Of a stretch of 64,000 nucleotides of DNA, positions 1 to 9,398 are shown one piece after another. The notes beneath the pieces were generated by a model that saw nothing but the letters and a program-made list of their open reading frames with translations, searched no databases and was not told where the DNA came from. Position numbers and translations under genes: made by a program. This stretch comes from Terriglobia bacterium (GTDB lineage: Bacteria > Acidobacteriota > Terriglobia > 20CM-2-55-15): the NCBI GenBank assembly GCA_965198225.1, contig CBDAOY010000007.1, positions 1-64,000 on the forward strand, read 5' to 3'. Within the stretch, counting starts at the first letter, position 1; each line of letters begins with the position of its first letter.

Positions 1-2
1 TT

Positions 3-788
3 CGATGGTTCGAGGTTCTGGTCCGACACATCCCGCATCGGATCGCGAGCACCACAGCGAGAGTGGATCCCCCCTCGATTCGCGAACGTCCCTGCCTTCT
101 CTGTCCAGACAGCCTTCCTGAAGAAGAGCGGGGCATCGAATTTGGAGACCGGTTCGTGATTCTCTGCAATCCTTACCCGATTCTGGATCGGCATCTGTCT
201 GTCGTCAGAAGGGAGCATGTTCCCCAGCGTATCGGGGGCGAGTTGTCGACGATGCTCGACCTGGCACGGGCGCTGCCGGGATACATGGTCCTCTACAACG
301 GGCCGGAGTGTGGCGCTTCGGCTCCCGACCACCTCCACTTTCAGGCCTGTCGGAACGAGAAGGTCCCTGCGATTGCCGACGTGAAGCGAGTGCGGGGTGT
401 CGCGATCGAAGATTATGCCCGTCACGTCCTGGTACTCCGGGACAGAGACCCCGCCGCGGTTTCTGATCGCTTCGGCCACGTCATGGATCGATTGGAGGGG
501 ATGGTTCCGGGCCGTTCGGAACCGATGGTCAACGTGGTCGTGTTCTTCAGCGAGGCGGAATGGGTGGTCATGGTGTTTCCGCGCGGGAAGCACCGACCCG
601 AAGCGTACGCGAGCGGGGAACTGACGTTCTCTCCCGCGTCGATCGATTTGTGCGGGGTTCCTGTTTTGCCGGTGGAATCCGACTTTGAGAAGGTTGATAG
701 TGCCACGGTCGAAAATATCTTCGTAGAGGTGACGATTGCCCCGGCCGCGTTCGACGAAATCTTGGATGCGCTGGAGTCGGTGAAATGA
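3..788 (+). CDS. DUF4922 family protein (HIT-like nucleotidyltransferase/phosphorylase), 5'-partial
   Basis: Frame is open from the window start (RIASTTARVD..RPCLLC); motifs NPYPI and YNGPECGASAPDHLHFQ. Confidence 0.8.
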   Translation, partial: RWFEVLVRHIPHRIASTTARVDPPSIRERPCLLCPDSLPEEERGIEFGDRFVILCNPYPILDRHLSVVRREHVPQRIGGELSTMLDLARALPGYMVLYNGPECGASAPDHLHFQACRNEKVPAIADVKRVRGVAIEDYARHVLVLRDRDPAAVSDRFGHVMDRLEGMVPGRSEPMVNVVVFFSEAEWVVMVFPRGKHRPEAYASGELTFSPASIDLCGVPVLPVESDFEKVDSATVENIFVEVTIAPAAFDEILDALESVK

Positions 789-2011
789 ACATCGCCGTCG
801 GTCTTGTGCAGTCCCGGGATGTGATTGCGATCCGGCTGCGAGAAGGCTACAGAGACGCTTCAGGAAAGCAATACAGGCCCGGTTCCTATCGATTCAGTGA
901 GGCGGTCGTACTCGAGCCACTGGATAGCGCGAGGGCTTCGTTCGTCGTGGAAGATGTCAAGATCGGGATCGGTTTTCACTGGGAACAGAACCGTCGGCAG
1001 GGCTTTCGCGGGAGTTTGCGCATCGTCGATGACGATGGCCTGACGCTCATCAACGACGTCGGTCTGGAGAGTTACGTGGAGAGCGTCATCGCGTCGGAGA
1101 TGAACGCTGATTCCCCCGTCGAACTGCTGAAGGCCCACGCCGTCATTTCCCGGAGCTGGCTCATCGCCCAGTTGCGCCAGAGGGTCGGCGATGGCGGTTC
1201 CTACAGCAGGCAGGAGCAGCCTGGTCCCGACGAATGGGAAATTCAACGGTGGTACGGAAGGGATGCACACACTAGATTCGATGTCTGCGCCGATGACCAC
1301 TGCCAGCGATACCAGGGAATCGAGGACTCCCCCGACAGCGTCCGACGTGCGGTCGAGGCGACACGAGGGCAGTGTCTGGTTTTCGGGACGGATGTCTGTG
1401 ATGCGCGCTTCTCAAAGTGCTGCGGGGGTGTCACCGAGGACTATTCCGCGGCGTGGGACGAGAGGGAGATCCCCTACCTGCGGTCAGTTCCCGATGGCCC
1501 GGAGCGCCTCGACGACATCGATTCGTGGATCCGCTCGGACCCGCGAGCCCATTGCAACACCAAAGATGAAGGACTGCTCAGACGGATTCTTCCCGACTTC
1601 GATTTCGAGACCCGCGATTTCTTCAGGTGGTCGGTACGTTACAGCCGGGAAGAACTCTCCGCGGTGGTCGGGACGAAAAGCGGCATCGACCTGGGTACCG
1701 TGACGGATCTCGAACCGTTGGAAAGAGGCAGTTCGGGACGGATCACTCGCCTCCGGATCGTGGGAAGCCGGGCTAAGCTGTCGGTGGGAAAGGAACTTGA
1801 AATCCGGCGTCTGCTGTCGGCCACACACCTGTTCAGTTCAGCTTTCGTCGTCGATGAAAACCGCGATGGCATCACACTGGTCGGTGCGGGATGGGGGCAT
1901 GGTGTTGGTCTGTGCCAGATCGGAGCGGCGGTGATGGCGTCTCGTGGAGGTGTTTACGAAGAGATCCTGTCCCACTACTATCCCGGAGCGAGGGTCGAAG
2001 TCCGATCGTGA
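785..2011 (+). CDS. SpoIID/LytB domain protein
   Basis: LESYVESVIASEM, LKAHAVISRS, FDVCADDHCQRYQG, GWGHGVGLCQIGA, ILSHYYPG; ATGA overlap with upstream gene. Confidence 0.9.
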   Translation: MNIAVGLVQSRDVIAIRLREGYRDASGKQYRPGSYRFSEAVVLEPLDSARASFVVEDVKIGIGFHWEQNRRQGFRGSLRIVDDDGLTLINDVGLESYVESVIASEMNADSPVELLKAHAVISRSWLIAQLRQRVGDGGSYSRQEQPGPDEWEIQRWYGRDAHTRFDVCADDHCQRYQGIEDSPDSVRRAVEATRGQCLVFGTDVCDARFSKCCGGVTEDYSAAWDEREIPYLRSVPDGPERLDDIDSWIRSDPRAHCNTKDEGLLRRILPDFDFETRDFFRWSVRYSREELSAVVGTKSGIDLGTVTDLEPLERGSSGRITRLRIVGSRAKLSVGKELEIRRLLSATHLFSSAFVVDENRDGITLVGAGWGHGVGLCQIGAAVMASRGGVYEEILSHYYPGARVEVRS

Positions 2012-2850
2012 CGCGGTCGGCGAACGTCCGATGCCAGGCCCGTTGCCTGCAGCAGACGGATCGCGTACCAGCCGATGTCGACCTGCCACCAGTGCCGGCT
2101 GAAGCAGGCGGATCCCGGATCGTCATGGTGATTACCGTGCCAGTTCTCGCCCCACGCGGTCGCCTGGAGAGGGCCCAGCCACCAGATGTTCTGGGAGGAG
2201 TCGACACCTTCGGAGAGCCCCGGCCTCAGATGAAGGATGCTGTTGACCACGCACTGCCCGTGAAGGGAATAGGTCAGTCGTATCGCCCCAACCCAGAAGA
2301 ACCCCGGCCAGCCGAACAGAAAAAAACCGAAGGCCAACGACAGCGCGACGATCGGGATCTGGATCCTGTGCCAGAACCGGTATCGTGTCTGGATCAAATC
2401 CGGGCACCATCGCTCCATACTCGAAGCCTTCCACTGGTATAGCCAGCGCAGGTGAGCCCACCAGAAACCACCGTGGCGCGGACTGGAGACGTCTTCTGCC
2501 GTGTCGGACTTGGCATGATGGTTGCGATGGTTTGCGACCCACGTGGATGGCGCGCCGGAACCGTTGAAAACGGCGAAGAAGATGAGGATCTGCTCGAGGA
2601 CCGGGTTGAGCTTCAACGCTCTGTGGGCCAGAGCACGATGGTAGGCGAGGGTGGTTCCCAGGCCGCCGATACAAGCGAAGAGAAAGGCTGTCAGGAACAG
2701 CGGCCAACCCGGCAGGGGGTACAGGACCAAACCCACGAGTGACAGCGCGTGAATCAGGACGAGAAATACCAGAACCCAGATGTTGCCGCCTTCAGCTTTG
2801 TACCAGGGTTGTGTCCACGGGTGCTTCTCGGCAAACGCCGAATCCTTCAT
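1978..2850 (-). CDS. Fatty acid (acyl-CoA delta-9 type) desaturase
   Basis: His boxes HRALAH, HRNHH, HGNHH; TM segments; start reassigned to ATG 2850 behind an AGGAGG RBS. Confidence 0.9.
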   Translation of the reverse strand: MKDSAFAEKHPWTQPWYKAEGGNIWVLVFLVLIHALSLVGLVLYPLPGWPLFLTAFLFACIGGLGTTLAYHRALAHRALKLNPVLEQILIFFAVFNGSGAPSTWVANHRNHHAKSDTAEDVSSPRHGGFWWAHLRWLYQWKASSMERWCPDLIQTRYRFWHRIQIPIVALSLAFGFFLFGWPGFFWVGAIRLTYSLHGQCVVNSILHLRPGLSEGVDSSQNIWWLGPLQATAWGENWHGNHHDDPGSACFSRHWWQVDIGWYAIRLLQATGLASDVRRPRHDRTSTLAPG

Positions 2851-3072
2851 CCTTCCTCCTAGTTTGGTTTGCGCAACACGGCCCTTGCTGTGTCTCGGCT
2901 GCCTGGGCCGACAAAGAGACGCCATAGTAGCACGCGTACCGCCCGCTCGAAAGGGTTTGCAGTCATTCAGCTTGATGCTGATAATTCTGTCTAACTCTTC
3001 TACCTGAAAGAGGTTCTGCCGTTGACGAAGAGACAGGAAGCGCGCGGTGATCCCGGGCGGCGAACGTCCGGC

Positions 3073-3672
3073 ATGACTTTCGTGGGGATCGACCTGGCCG
3101 GATCGGAGAAAAGACAGACGGGCTTCTGCCGCCTCAGAGGGCGGCGCGCCGAGACCGCCGTCATCTATGACGATGACCAACTTCTGTCGCGGATGGCTCG
3201 GTACAGGCCGACCCTGGTCGGTATGGACGCGCCACTGTTTCTACCGGCCGGCCGATGCTGCTTGCGTAACGACTGCACATGTCCGAGAGACGTCCATTTC
3301 CGGCAGTGCGATCTCGAACTCCGCCGCCGCCGCATCAAGTTCTTTCCGATCACTTTGGGGCCGATGCGCCAGTTGACGATGCGCGGTATTCGCCTGGCGA
3401 AGCAGTTGGAAGAGATGGGGCACGTGATGCTGGAAACCTATCCCGGGGCGGCTCAGGACATATGGAAGATTCCCCGGCAGAAGAATCCGCCCGGCTTGAG
3501 GCGGGGTCTAGGGAAGATGGTCCACATCTCCCGTCGGGGTATCACCCGGCACGAGCTGGATGCGATAACCTGTGCCCGCCTGGCGCAGCTGCACCACAAG
3601 GGACAGACCGAACTTATCGGAAGGGAAGATGAGGGGTGGATGGTATTGCCGTTAGGGTCCGCCCAAGAATAA
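3073..3672 (+). CDS. DUF429 family protein (predicted RNase H-fold nuclease)
   Basis: FVGIDLAG, GMDAPL, LETYPGA, HELDAITCA. Confidence 0.8.
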   Translation: MTFVGIDLAGSEKRQTGFCRLRGRRAETAVIYDDDQLLSRMARYRPTLVGMDAPLFLPAGRCCLRNDCTCPRDVHFRQCDLELRRRRIKFFPITLGPMRQLTMRGIRLAKQLEEMGHVMLETYPGAAQDIWKIPRQKNPPGLRRGLGKMVHISRRGITRHELDAITCARLAQLHHKGQTELIGREDEGWMVLPLGSAQE

Positions 3673-3853
3673 CTTTGCAGAATCGGCGCCCAGATTTGCG
3701 TCAGATTCGGTTGCGACCGATTGAGCAGTACCGGAGGAATAGCCGGACTATTTCGAGGATCTGCGATTGAGGAGCGGCCGAAGATGGCGTGAAGATGGGA
3801 TGCCAAAATGCAAAGTTATTCTTGGGCGGGCCCCTAGTAGAGGAGGCTGGAAG

Positions 3854-4828
3854 ATGAAGAGACTGGTTTTGGGGGTCTGTCTGATCATGCTGACGGCAGG
3901 ACCGGCTTTCGCGACGTTCTCGATCGTGGCCATCGACCCGGACACCGGCGAGATGGGCGTTGCCGTCGCGTCGCGCTACTTTTCAGTGGGCGCCGTTGTG
4001 CCCTGGGCTGAGGCCGATGTCGGGGCGGTCGCGACCCAGGCCAGCGTGAACGTCGGGTATGGACCCCGCGCACTGGAGCTGTTGAAAGAAGGGCTGACTG
4101 CCCAGGAGGTATTGGACCGTCTTTTCGAAGAAGACTCGTTTCCGGGCAAGGCGGGCCGGCAGATCGCAATCGTCGACCGGCATGGTAACGTGGCGGTCCA
4201 TACAGGCGAGGCCGCCAACGAGTGGCGCGGTCACCAGAAAGGCGCAACCTATTCTGTGCAGGGCAATATCCTTGCCGGACCCGAGGTCGCCGACGCCATG
4301 GCCGCCGCGTTCGAGAACACCAGAGGTGAACTGACCGAACGGCTCTACGCCGCGTTGGCCGCGGGAGACGCCGCCGGCGGGGATCGACGAGGCCGGCAGT
4401 CGGCATCAATCCTCGTCGTGGGAAAGGGAATGGGCAGGAACACGAACAACGATCGCTATGCTTACGTCAACGTCGATGACCATCCCGACCCGTTCGGCGA
4501 GCTGCGCCGCCTGCTCGACATCCAGCTTGGCATCAATCACTCGTCCCGGCTGCGCCGCTCGTTGCGGGGTGGCGATCTGGATGCTGCGATGCTGTCCGCA
4601 GAACGGTTGATCCGTTACCGCCCTCGCAGCGCGACCGCGTTCATGGATCGCGGGTTTCTGCTCTACCTGAACGGGCAAGCCGATTCGGCGATCGATTCCT
4701 TCAGGCAAGCGCGAGGTCTCGCTGAGGACAATTTCGAGGAGCTGTGGGAACGGATGATCTCGACCGCCGTCTACGAACGCGTGGCTGAAGACACCAAATT
4801 CGTAAACAGAGTGTTGAGCGGCAACTGA
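3854..4828 (+). CDS. DUF1028 family Ntn-hydrolase-like protein, signal peptide, C-terminal TPR-like region
   Basis: Signal peptide then TFSIVAIDP..GVAVAS, GAVATQA, QGNIL, GGDRRGRQSA, VDDHPDP; AGGAGG RBS. Confidence 0.85.
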   Translation: MKRLVLGVCLIMLTAGPAFATFSIVAIDPDTGEMGVAVASRYFSVGAVVPWAEADVGAVATQASVNVGYGPRALELLKEGLTAQEVLDRLFEEDSFPGKAGRQIAIVDRHGNVAVHTGEAANEWRGHQKGATYSVQGNILAGPEVADAMAAAFENTRGELTERLYAALAAGDAAGGDRRGRQSASILVVGKGMGRNTNNDRYAYVNVDDHPDPFGELRRLLDIQLGINHSSRLRRSLRGGDLDAAMLSAERLIRYRPRSATAFMDRGFLLYLNGQADSAIDSFRQARGLAEDNFEELWERMISTAVYERVAEDTKFVNRVLSGN

Positions 4829-4837
4829 TTCATCCGG

Positions 4838-4921
4838 CGTTTCTGCTCAACAAACACCCGGGGAGGGCTATACCCCTGTCCCCCTCACATTGGCTCTCTC
4901 GCGGCACCGGTTGATTGAGCG
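4838..4921 (+). repeat. ~90-bp dispersed repeat, copy 1 (GGGGACAGGGCTATACCCCTGTCCCC hairpin family)
   Basis: Aligns end to end by eye with 47734-47826 and 56235-56326. Confidence 0.8.
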
Positions 4922-4943
4922 GATGTTATCGATCCGATAAGAT

Positions 4944-4967
4944 GTGCGGTCATAGACCGCACCTACA
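4944..4967 (-). repeat. GTAG-type REP
   Basis: Exact 24-bp reverse complement of 14004-14027 (TGTAGGTGCGGTCTATGACCGCAC). Confidence 0.75.
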
Positions 4968-4981
4968 GCTGACTACTGACT

Positions 4982-7549
4982 ATGCTCATCCTTCGTGTAT
5001 CTCTAATAATGCTGCTTATGACTGTCATGTCCGGTTGCGGGAGCGCTGACATCGACGACACCGATCCCGTACCCGGAATAAGCCTCGAGCTTGCGACACG
5101 GCGCGCTCGCACCATCGAAGATCTTCGCTACGATCTTTCCCTCGATATTCCGTCTGAGGCTTCGGAACCGATTTCCGGACGCGCGGCCCTCCGGTTCACG
5201 TTGACGGAGACGTCGGGACCCCTCGTGCTGGATTTCGCACCAGGCGGGGATTTTCTGACGTCGGTGACCACGGGCGGCACCCCCTCCCGATTCCGGGCTG
5301 CCAACGGCCACATCCTCATTCCAACAGACGAACTGGTCCACGGCGAGAACACCGTGGAGATAGTCTTTCGGGCCGGTGATGCGTCCCTCAATCGGAACCC
5401 GGAGTTCATGTATACGCTGTTCGTGCCGGCGCGTGCGCATCTGGCATTCCCGTGTTTCGATCAGCCGGACCTCAAGGCTCGATACACGCTGGAACTGGAA
5501 GTTCCGGCCGATTGGGAAGCGGTCGCCAACGGGCCGGAGATATCCCGGGAACCCGAGGGGGATCGCGTCCTCATCCGTTACTCGGAAACCCAGCCGATTC
5601 CGACCTACCTGTTCGCGTTTGCCGCCGGAGAATTTCAGGTGGAAACCGCCGAGCTCGGCGGGCGCAGATACCGGATGTTCCATCGCGAAACGGATGCTGA
5701 GAAGGTCGAACGCAACCGGGATGTCGCTTTCGACCTGCACGCCTCGGCGTTGAGGTGGCTCGAAGACTACACCGCGATCGAGTATCCGTTCGAGAAATTC
5801 GATTTCGTTCTCATTCCCTCGTTCCAGTTCGGCGGCATGGAGCATCCCGGAGCCATCTTCTACAACCAGTCGTCGTTGCTGCTCGACCGCTCCGCCACTC
5901 AGAACCAGACGTTGGGGCGGGCGAGCGTGATCTCGCACGAAACCGCGCACATGTGGTTTGGCGACCTGGTGACGATGCGGTGGTTCAACGACGTGTGGAT
6001 GAAGGAGGTGTTTGCCAACTTCATGGCCGCCAAGATCGTGAACCCCTCCTTTCCGGAGGTCAATCACGACCTCCGCTTTCTGGTTGCACACTATCCGTCG
6101 GCGTACGGTGTGGACCGAACCGAGGGCACTCACCCGATCCGGCAGGAGCTTGCCAATCTGAACGAAGCCGGCAGTCTCTATGGCGCGATCATCTACCAGA
6201 AGGCACCGATTGTGATGCGCCAGCTCGAACGCATTCTCGGGGGTGAAGCGTTCCAGGACGGCCTGCGCGTCTACCTCAAGCAGTTCGAATTCGGCAACGC
6301 GACCTGGACCGACCTGGTGGGGGTCCTCGATGAACGGACCGAACTCGACCTGGTCACGTGGAGCCGGGCATGGGTCGAAGAAGCCGGAAGACCTTCCATT
6401 CGCACGGAGTTGGTTCCCGACTTGCAAGGGGGGATCGAAACACTTGCCTTCGTCCAATCCGATCCACAACAGGGGCGGTCGCTCGTCTGGACACAGCAGA
6501 TGGAAGTCTTGCTCGGCACCGCTTCCGACGTCCGTTCGCTTCGGGTCGGGCTGGAGAACCAGCGGTCCGAATTGGATGTCGCGCGCTTGCCCCGGCCCGA
6601 TTTCGTGTTGCCGACCGGCGGGGGGCTGGCCTACGGGAGCTTCACGCTGGACGAGGGCAGCCGTCGATTCCTGCTGCAAAACGTTCCCGAGATCGATGAT
6701 CCCGTCACTCGCGGCGCGGCCTGGGTCACGCTGTGGGAGGAGTTGCTCGACGGCCGGGTGCCGACTCCGGAATTCCTCGAACTGGCCTTGCGCGCTCTGC
6801 CTATGGAGGACACGGAGCAGAACGTCCAGCTCGTGTTGGGCTACGTGCGCTCCGCGTTCTGGAGATTCCTGCCGGGAGTCGACCGGCAGACGCTCTCGGA
6901 GAGGCTCGAGCGAGTCCTGCGGCGGGAACTGGCGCGTGCGGAATCATCGAGCTTGAAATCGACATACTTTTCGGCGTTTCGTTCCATCGTTACGACGCCG
7001 GAAGGAATCGCGTTTCTGGAGCGCGTGTGGCGGCGCGACGAGGAGATTCCCGGTCTGACGCTCTCGGAGAATGACGAAGCCGCGATGGCCCTGGACCTTG
7101 CCGTGAGATCCGTCCCCGGGGCTGCGGAAATCCTCGAGGAACAACTGGGTAGGATTGAGAATCCAGACCGCAAGGCCCGTTTCGACTTCGTCATGCCGGC
7201 GCTGTCGGATAGCCAGGAGACAAGGGACGCTTTCTTTGCGACGCTGACGGATGTCGAGAACCGGCGTCGTGAGCCGTGGGTGCTGGAAGGCGTGCGTTAC
7301 CTCAACCACCCGCTCCGTGCCGAGCAGTCTCGGAAATACCTGCGCCCCGCCCTGGACCTGCTCCTGGAACTCCGGAGCACCGGCGACATCTTCTTTCCGC
7401 GAAACTGGATGGGAGCGATGCTCGGCGGGCACGATTCACCCGCATCTGCAGACGTGGTTCGTGACTTTCTCAGCGACCACCGCGACTACCCGATAAGGCT
7501 TCGTCGCATCATATTGCAGGCAGCCGACCCTCTGTTCCGCGCGGACTGA
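4982..7549 (+). CDS. M1 family aminopeptidase (PepN-like, ERAP1-like C-terminus), probable lipoprotein
   Basis: FPCFDQPDLKA, GGMEH, HETAH-x18-E zinc motif, IYQKA; MSGC lipobox-like sequence. Confidence 0.92.
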   Translation: MLILRVSLIMLLMTVMSGCGSADIDDTDPVPGISLELATRRARTIEDLRYDLSLDIPSEASEPISGRAALRFTLTETSGPLVLDFAPGGDFLTSVTTGGTPSRFRAANGHILIPTDELVHGENTVEIVFRAGDASLNRNPEFMYTLFVPARAHLAFPCFDQPDLKARYTLELEVPADWEAVANGPEISREPEGDRVLIRYSETQPIPTYLFAFAAGEFQVETAELGGRRYRMFHRETDAEKVERNRDVAFDLHASALRWLEDYTAIEYPFEKFDFVLIPSFQFGGMEHPGAIFYNQSSLLLDRSATQNQTLGRASVISHETAHMWFGDLVTMRWFNDVWMKEVFANFMAAKIVNPSFPEVNHDLRFLVAHYPSAYGVDRTEGTHPIRQELANLNEAGSLYGAIIYQKAPIVMRQLERILGGEAFQDGLRVYLKQFEFGNATWTDLVGVLDERTELDLVTWSRAWVEEAGRPSIRTELVPDLQGGIETLAFVQSDPQQGRSLVWTQQMEVLLGTASDVRSLRVGLENQRSELDVARLPRPDFVLPTGGGLAYGSFTLDEGSRRFLLQNVPEIDDPVTRGAAWVTLWEELLDGRVPTPEFLELALRALPMEDTEQNVQLVLGYVRSAFWRFLPGVDRQTLSERLERVLRRELARAESSSLKSTYFSAFRSIVTTPEGIAFLERVWRRDEEIPGLTLSENDEAAMALDLAVRSVPGAAEILEEQLGRIENPDRKARFDFVMPALSDSQETRDAFFATLTDVENRRREPWVLEGVRYLNHPLRAEQSRKYLRPALDLLLELRSTGDIFFPRNWMGAMLGGHDSPASADVVRDFLSDHRDYPIRLRRIILQAADPLFRAD

Positions 7550-7587
7550 GATTCGGGGTGAGTAGTCTGGGTAGGCAACACACCAAG

Positions 7588-7692
7588 CTCCCCTCCTCAG
7601 ATGAGGAGGGGTGGCGCGAAGCGCCGGGGTGGTGTTGATCAGGGATCGAACCACCCCGTCTGCGCCTGGCGGCGCATCCACCCCTCCTTATC
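7588..7692. repeat. Inverted pair of CCCCTCCT-N6-AGGAGGGG REP-like hairpin units; second unit split by IS1182 and completed at 9328-9341
   Basis: CTCCCCTCCTCAGATGAGGAGGGG..GGGGTGGT and ACCACCCC..CCCCTCCTTATC|TCCAAGGAGGGGAG; related hairpin at ~14836-14862. Confidence 0.75.
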
Positions 7693-9327
7693 CAGAGGGT
7701 GTTGCAAAACTCAGGGCACGTTTCGGACCAAAGATGGCCGTAGCACATCGAGAATGCAGACAGGGTGAAACGATGAGCTACGAAAAACAAGCCGATTATG
7801 AGAAGCAGTGGTTGTTTCCGCCATCGCTGGAGGATCTGGTGCCAGCGGACCATCCGGCGCGGATGGTGCGGGAGTTCGTGGACTCGCAGGATCTGGGGGA
7901 GTTGGGGTTCGCCGAACGCAAATCCGAGGACGGGCGTCCCAACTACAGCGCGAACCTGCTGTTGAAGGTGTGGCTGTATGGGTATGTGAGCCGGACCCGA
8001 AGTAGCCGAGGGTTGGAGCGGGCGTGCATGGATCAGATGGGGATGCTGTGGCTAGCAGGGATGCACCAACCGGATCACACGACGCTGTGGCGGTTTTGGA
8101 GGGACAACCGGGAAGGGATCGGTGGAATGTTTCGGCAACTGCTGCGGATCGCGACGTCAATGGAACTGGTCGGTATGGTCTTGCACGCCGTGGATGGGAC
8201 CAAAGTGCTTTCGCAGGCATCGGAACGACGGGGTTGGCACCGATGGAAACTGGAAAAGAAGCGAGAGCGGCTGGATGCGGCGATCGAAGAAATCCTGAAG
8301 CAGACCGAGCAGGCCGAAACCCAGGAGCAGGGCGAGTATCGGTTGCCCGAACAACTCCAGCAACAAGAGAAGTTGCGGGACACGATCCAGCAGCAGTTGA
8401 AGCGAATGCAGGAGGAGGATCGCGATCATCTCCATCCCGGGGACCCGGAATCGAGGGTGATGAAAAGCGGGCTGAGGAAGCAGTTTGCCTACAACGCGCA
8501 GGTGGCGGCCGACGTGGTCACCGATGAGAGTGATAACTACCAATTGGTGCCGATGCTGGAACAGGTGGAAGAGAATCTGGGGAAGGTGGCCCAGGACACG
8601 GTTGCCGATAACGGCTACGCCGCGACCACGGAGTTGGGTGCCGCAGAGCGAAAGCATTATTCGGTTCTGGTGGATCTGGCCGAACCGTCCGCCACGAAGC
8701 AGCCGTATCACGCATCACGATTTCAATATGATGCGATCCGCAACCAGTGTATCTGTCCACGCGGAGAGATTCTGAAGTTCGATTCGATCAAACAAAGGCC
8801 CGAGAAGGCCAAGCCCTATCAGGTTCAGGTGTATCGCTGCCAGAGCTATGAAAGCTGTGCGGTGCGGTGGCAGTGCAGTCGCAGCAAGACCGGACGTACG
8901 GTGCAAATCCATCCGGATCACGAGGCGCTGGTCCGTCAGCGGTTGAAACAAACCGACGCGTCGAAACGCGAGGCGATGAAGAAACGCGGAAGGATTATCG
9001 AGCCGATCTTTGGCTGGAGCAAAGAGGCGATGGGATTCCGTCGATGGACGGTCCGTGGGTTAGAGAAAACCAAGACACAATGGCTCTTGGTCTGTACGGC
9101 CATGAACTTGCGCCGGCTGCACAAGTTCTGGGTCTCGGGCGACCTGGTTTTCGGCCCGTAACTGAGGGCGAACGGACCTTCGAGTTTCCAACCCCTTTGG
9201 GGTGGCGGATACTCTCCCTCCGCAGACTCTCGTCAGCGACCGACGGACCGACTCTCGCAATTGGACGGGGTTTCGTTCTCCTTCGGCGTCAAGCAGGTCG
9301 GTCTGGCCGTTTTTGCAACACCCTCTG
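7693..9327 (+). mobile_element. IS1182-family insertion sequence (copy A)
   Basis: Perfect 17-bp terminal IR CAGAGGGTGTTGCAAAA (7693-7709 / 9311-9327); apparent 2-bp TC duplication. Confidence 0.92.
7773..9161 (+). CDS. IS1182-family DDE transposase (apparent ~10-aa in-frame deletion)
   Basis: DUF772-type N-terminus (LFPPSLEDLVPADH, SSRGLE, PDHTTL); VDGTK, ADNGY, IEPIFG. Confidence 0.9.
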   Translation: MSYEKQADYEKQWLFPPSLEDLVPADHPARMVREFVDSQDLGELGFAERKSEDGRPNYSANLLLKVWLYGYVSRTRSSRGLERACMDQMGMLWLAGMHQPDHTTLWRFWRDNREGIGGMFRQLLRIATSMELVGMVLHAVDGTKVLSQASERRGWHRWKLEKKRERLDAAIEEILKQTEQAETQEQGEYRLPEQLQQQEKLRDTIQQQLKRMQEEDRDHLHPGDPESRVMKSGLRKQFAYNAQVAADVVTDESDNYQLVPMLEQVEENLGKVAQDTVADNGYAATTELGAAERKHYSVLVDLAEPSATKQPYHASRFQYDAIRNQCICPRGEILKFDSIKQRPEKAKPYQVQVYRCQSYESCAVRWQCSRSKTGRTVQIHPDHEALVRQRLKQTDASKREAMKKRGRIIEPIFGWSKEAMGFRRWTVRGLEKTKTQWLLVCTAMNLRRLHKFWVSGDLVFGP

Positions 9328-9398
9328 TCCAAGGAGGGGAGTCTTGGGAGGAGTCACCCGATCTCCAATTTCAAATCTCGACTGAACAAATCTCCTAT

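Noticed and set aside
2851-3180. N-terminal extensions in the ORF track (desaturase; likewise 7611-7772, 21374-21484, 24418-24606, 41274-41510)
   Set aside because: They overlap neighbouring genes or repeats, and better starts exist downstream
3073-3672. DUF429 as a transposase or Cas-like nuclease
   Set aside because: No flanking IRs, repeats or partner genes
5003-6679. Long antisense ORFs (also 21865-22776, 40077-41732, 45877-46983, 57539-58714, 58989-60416, 61970-62947)
   Set aside because: Opposite well-supported genes, no motifs; expected in high-GC coding DNA
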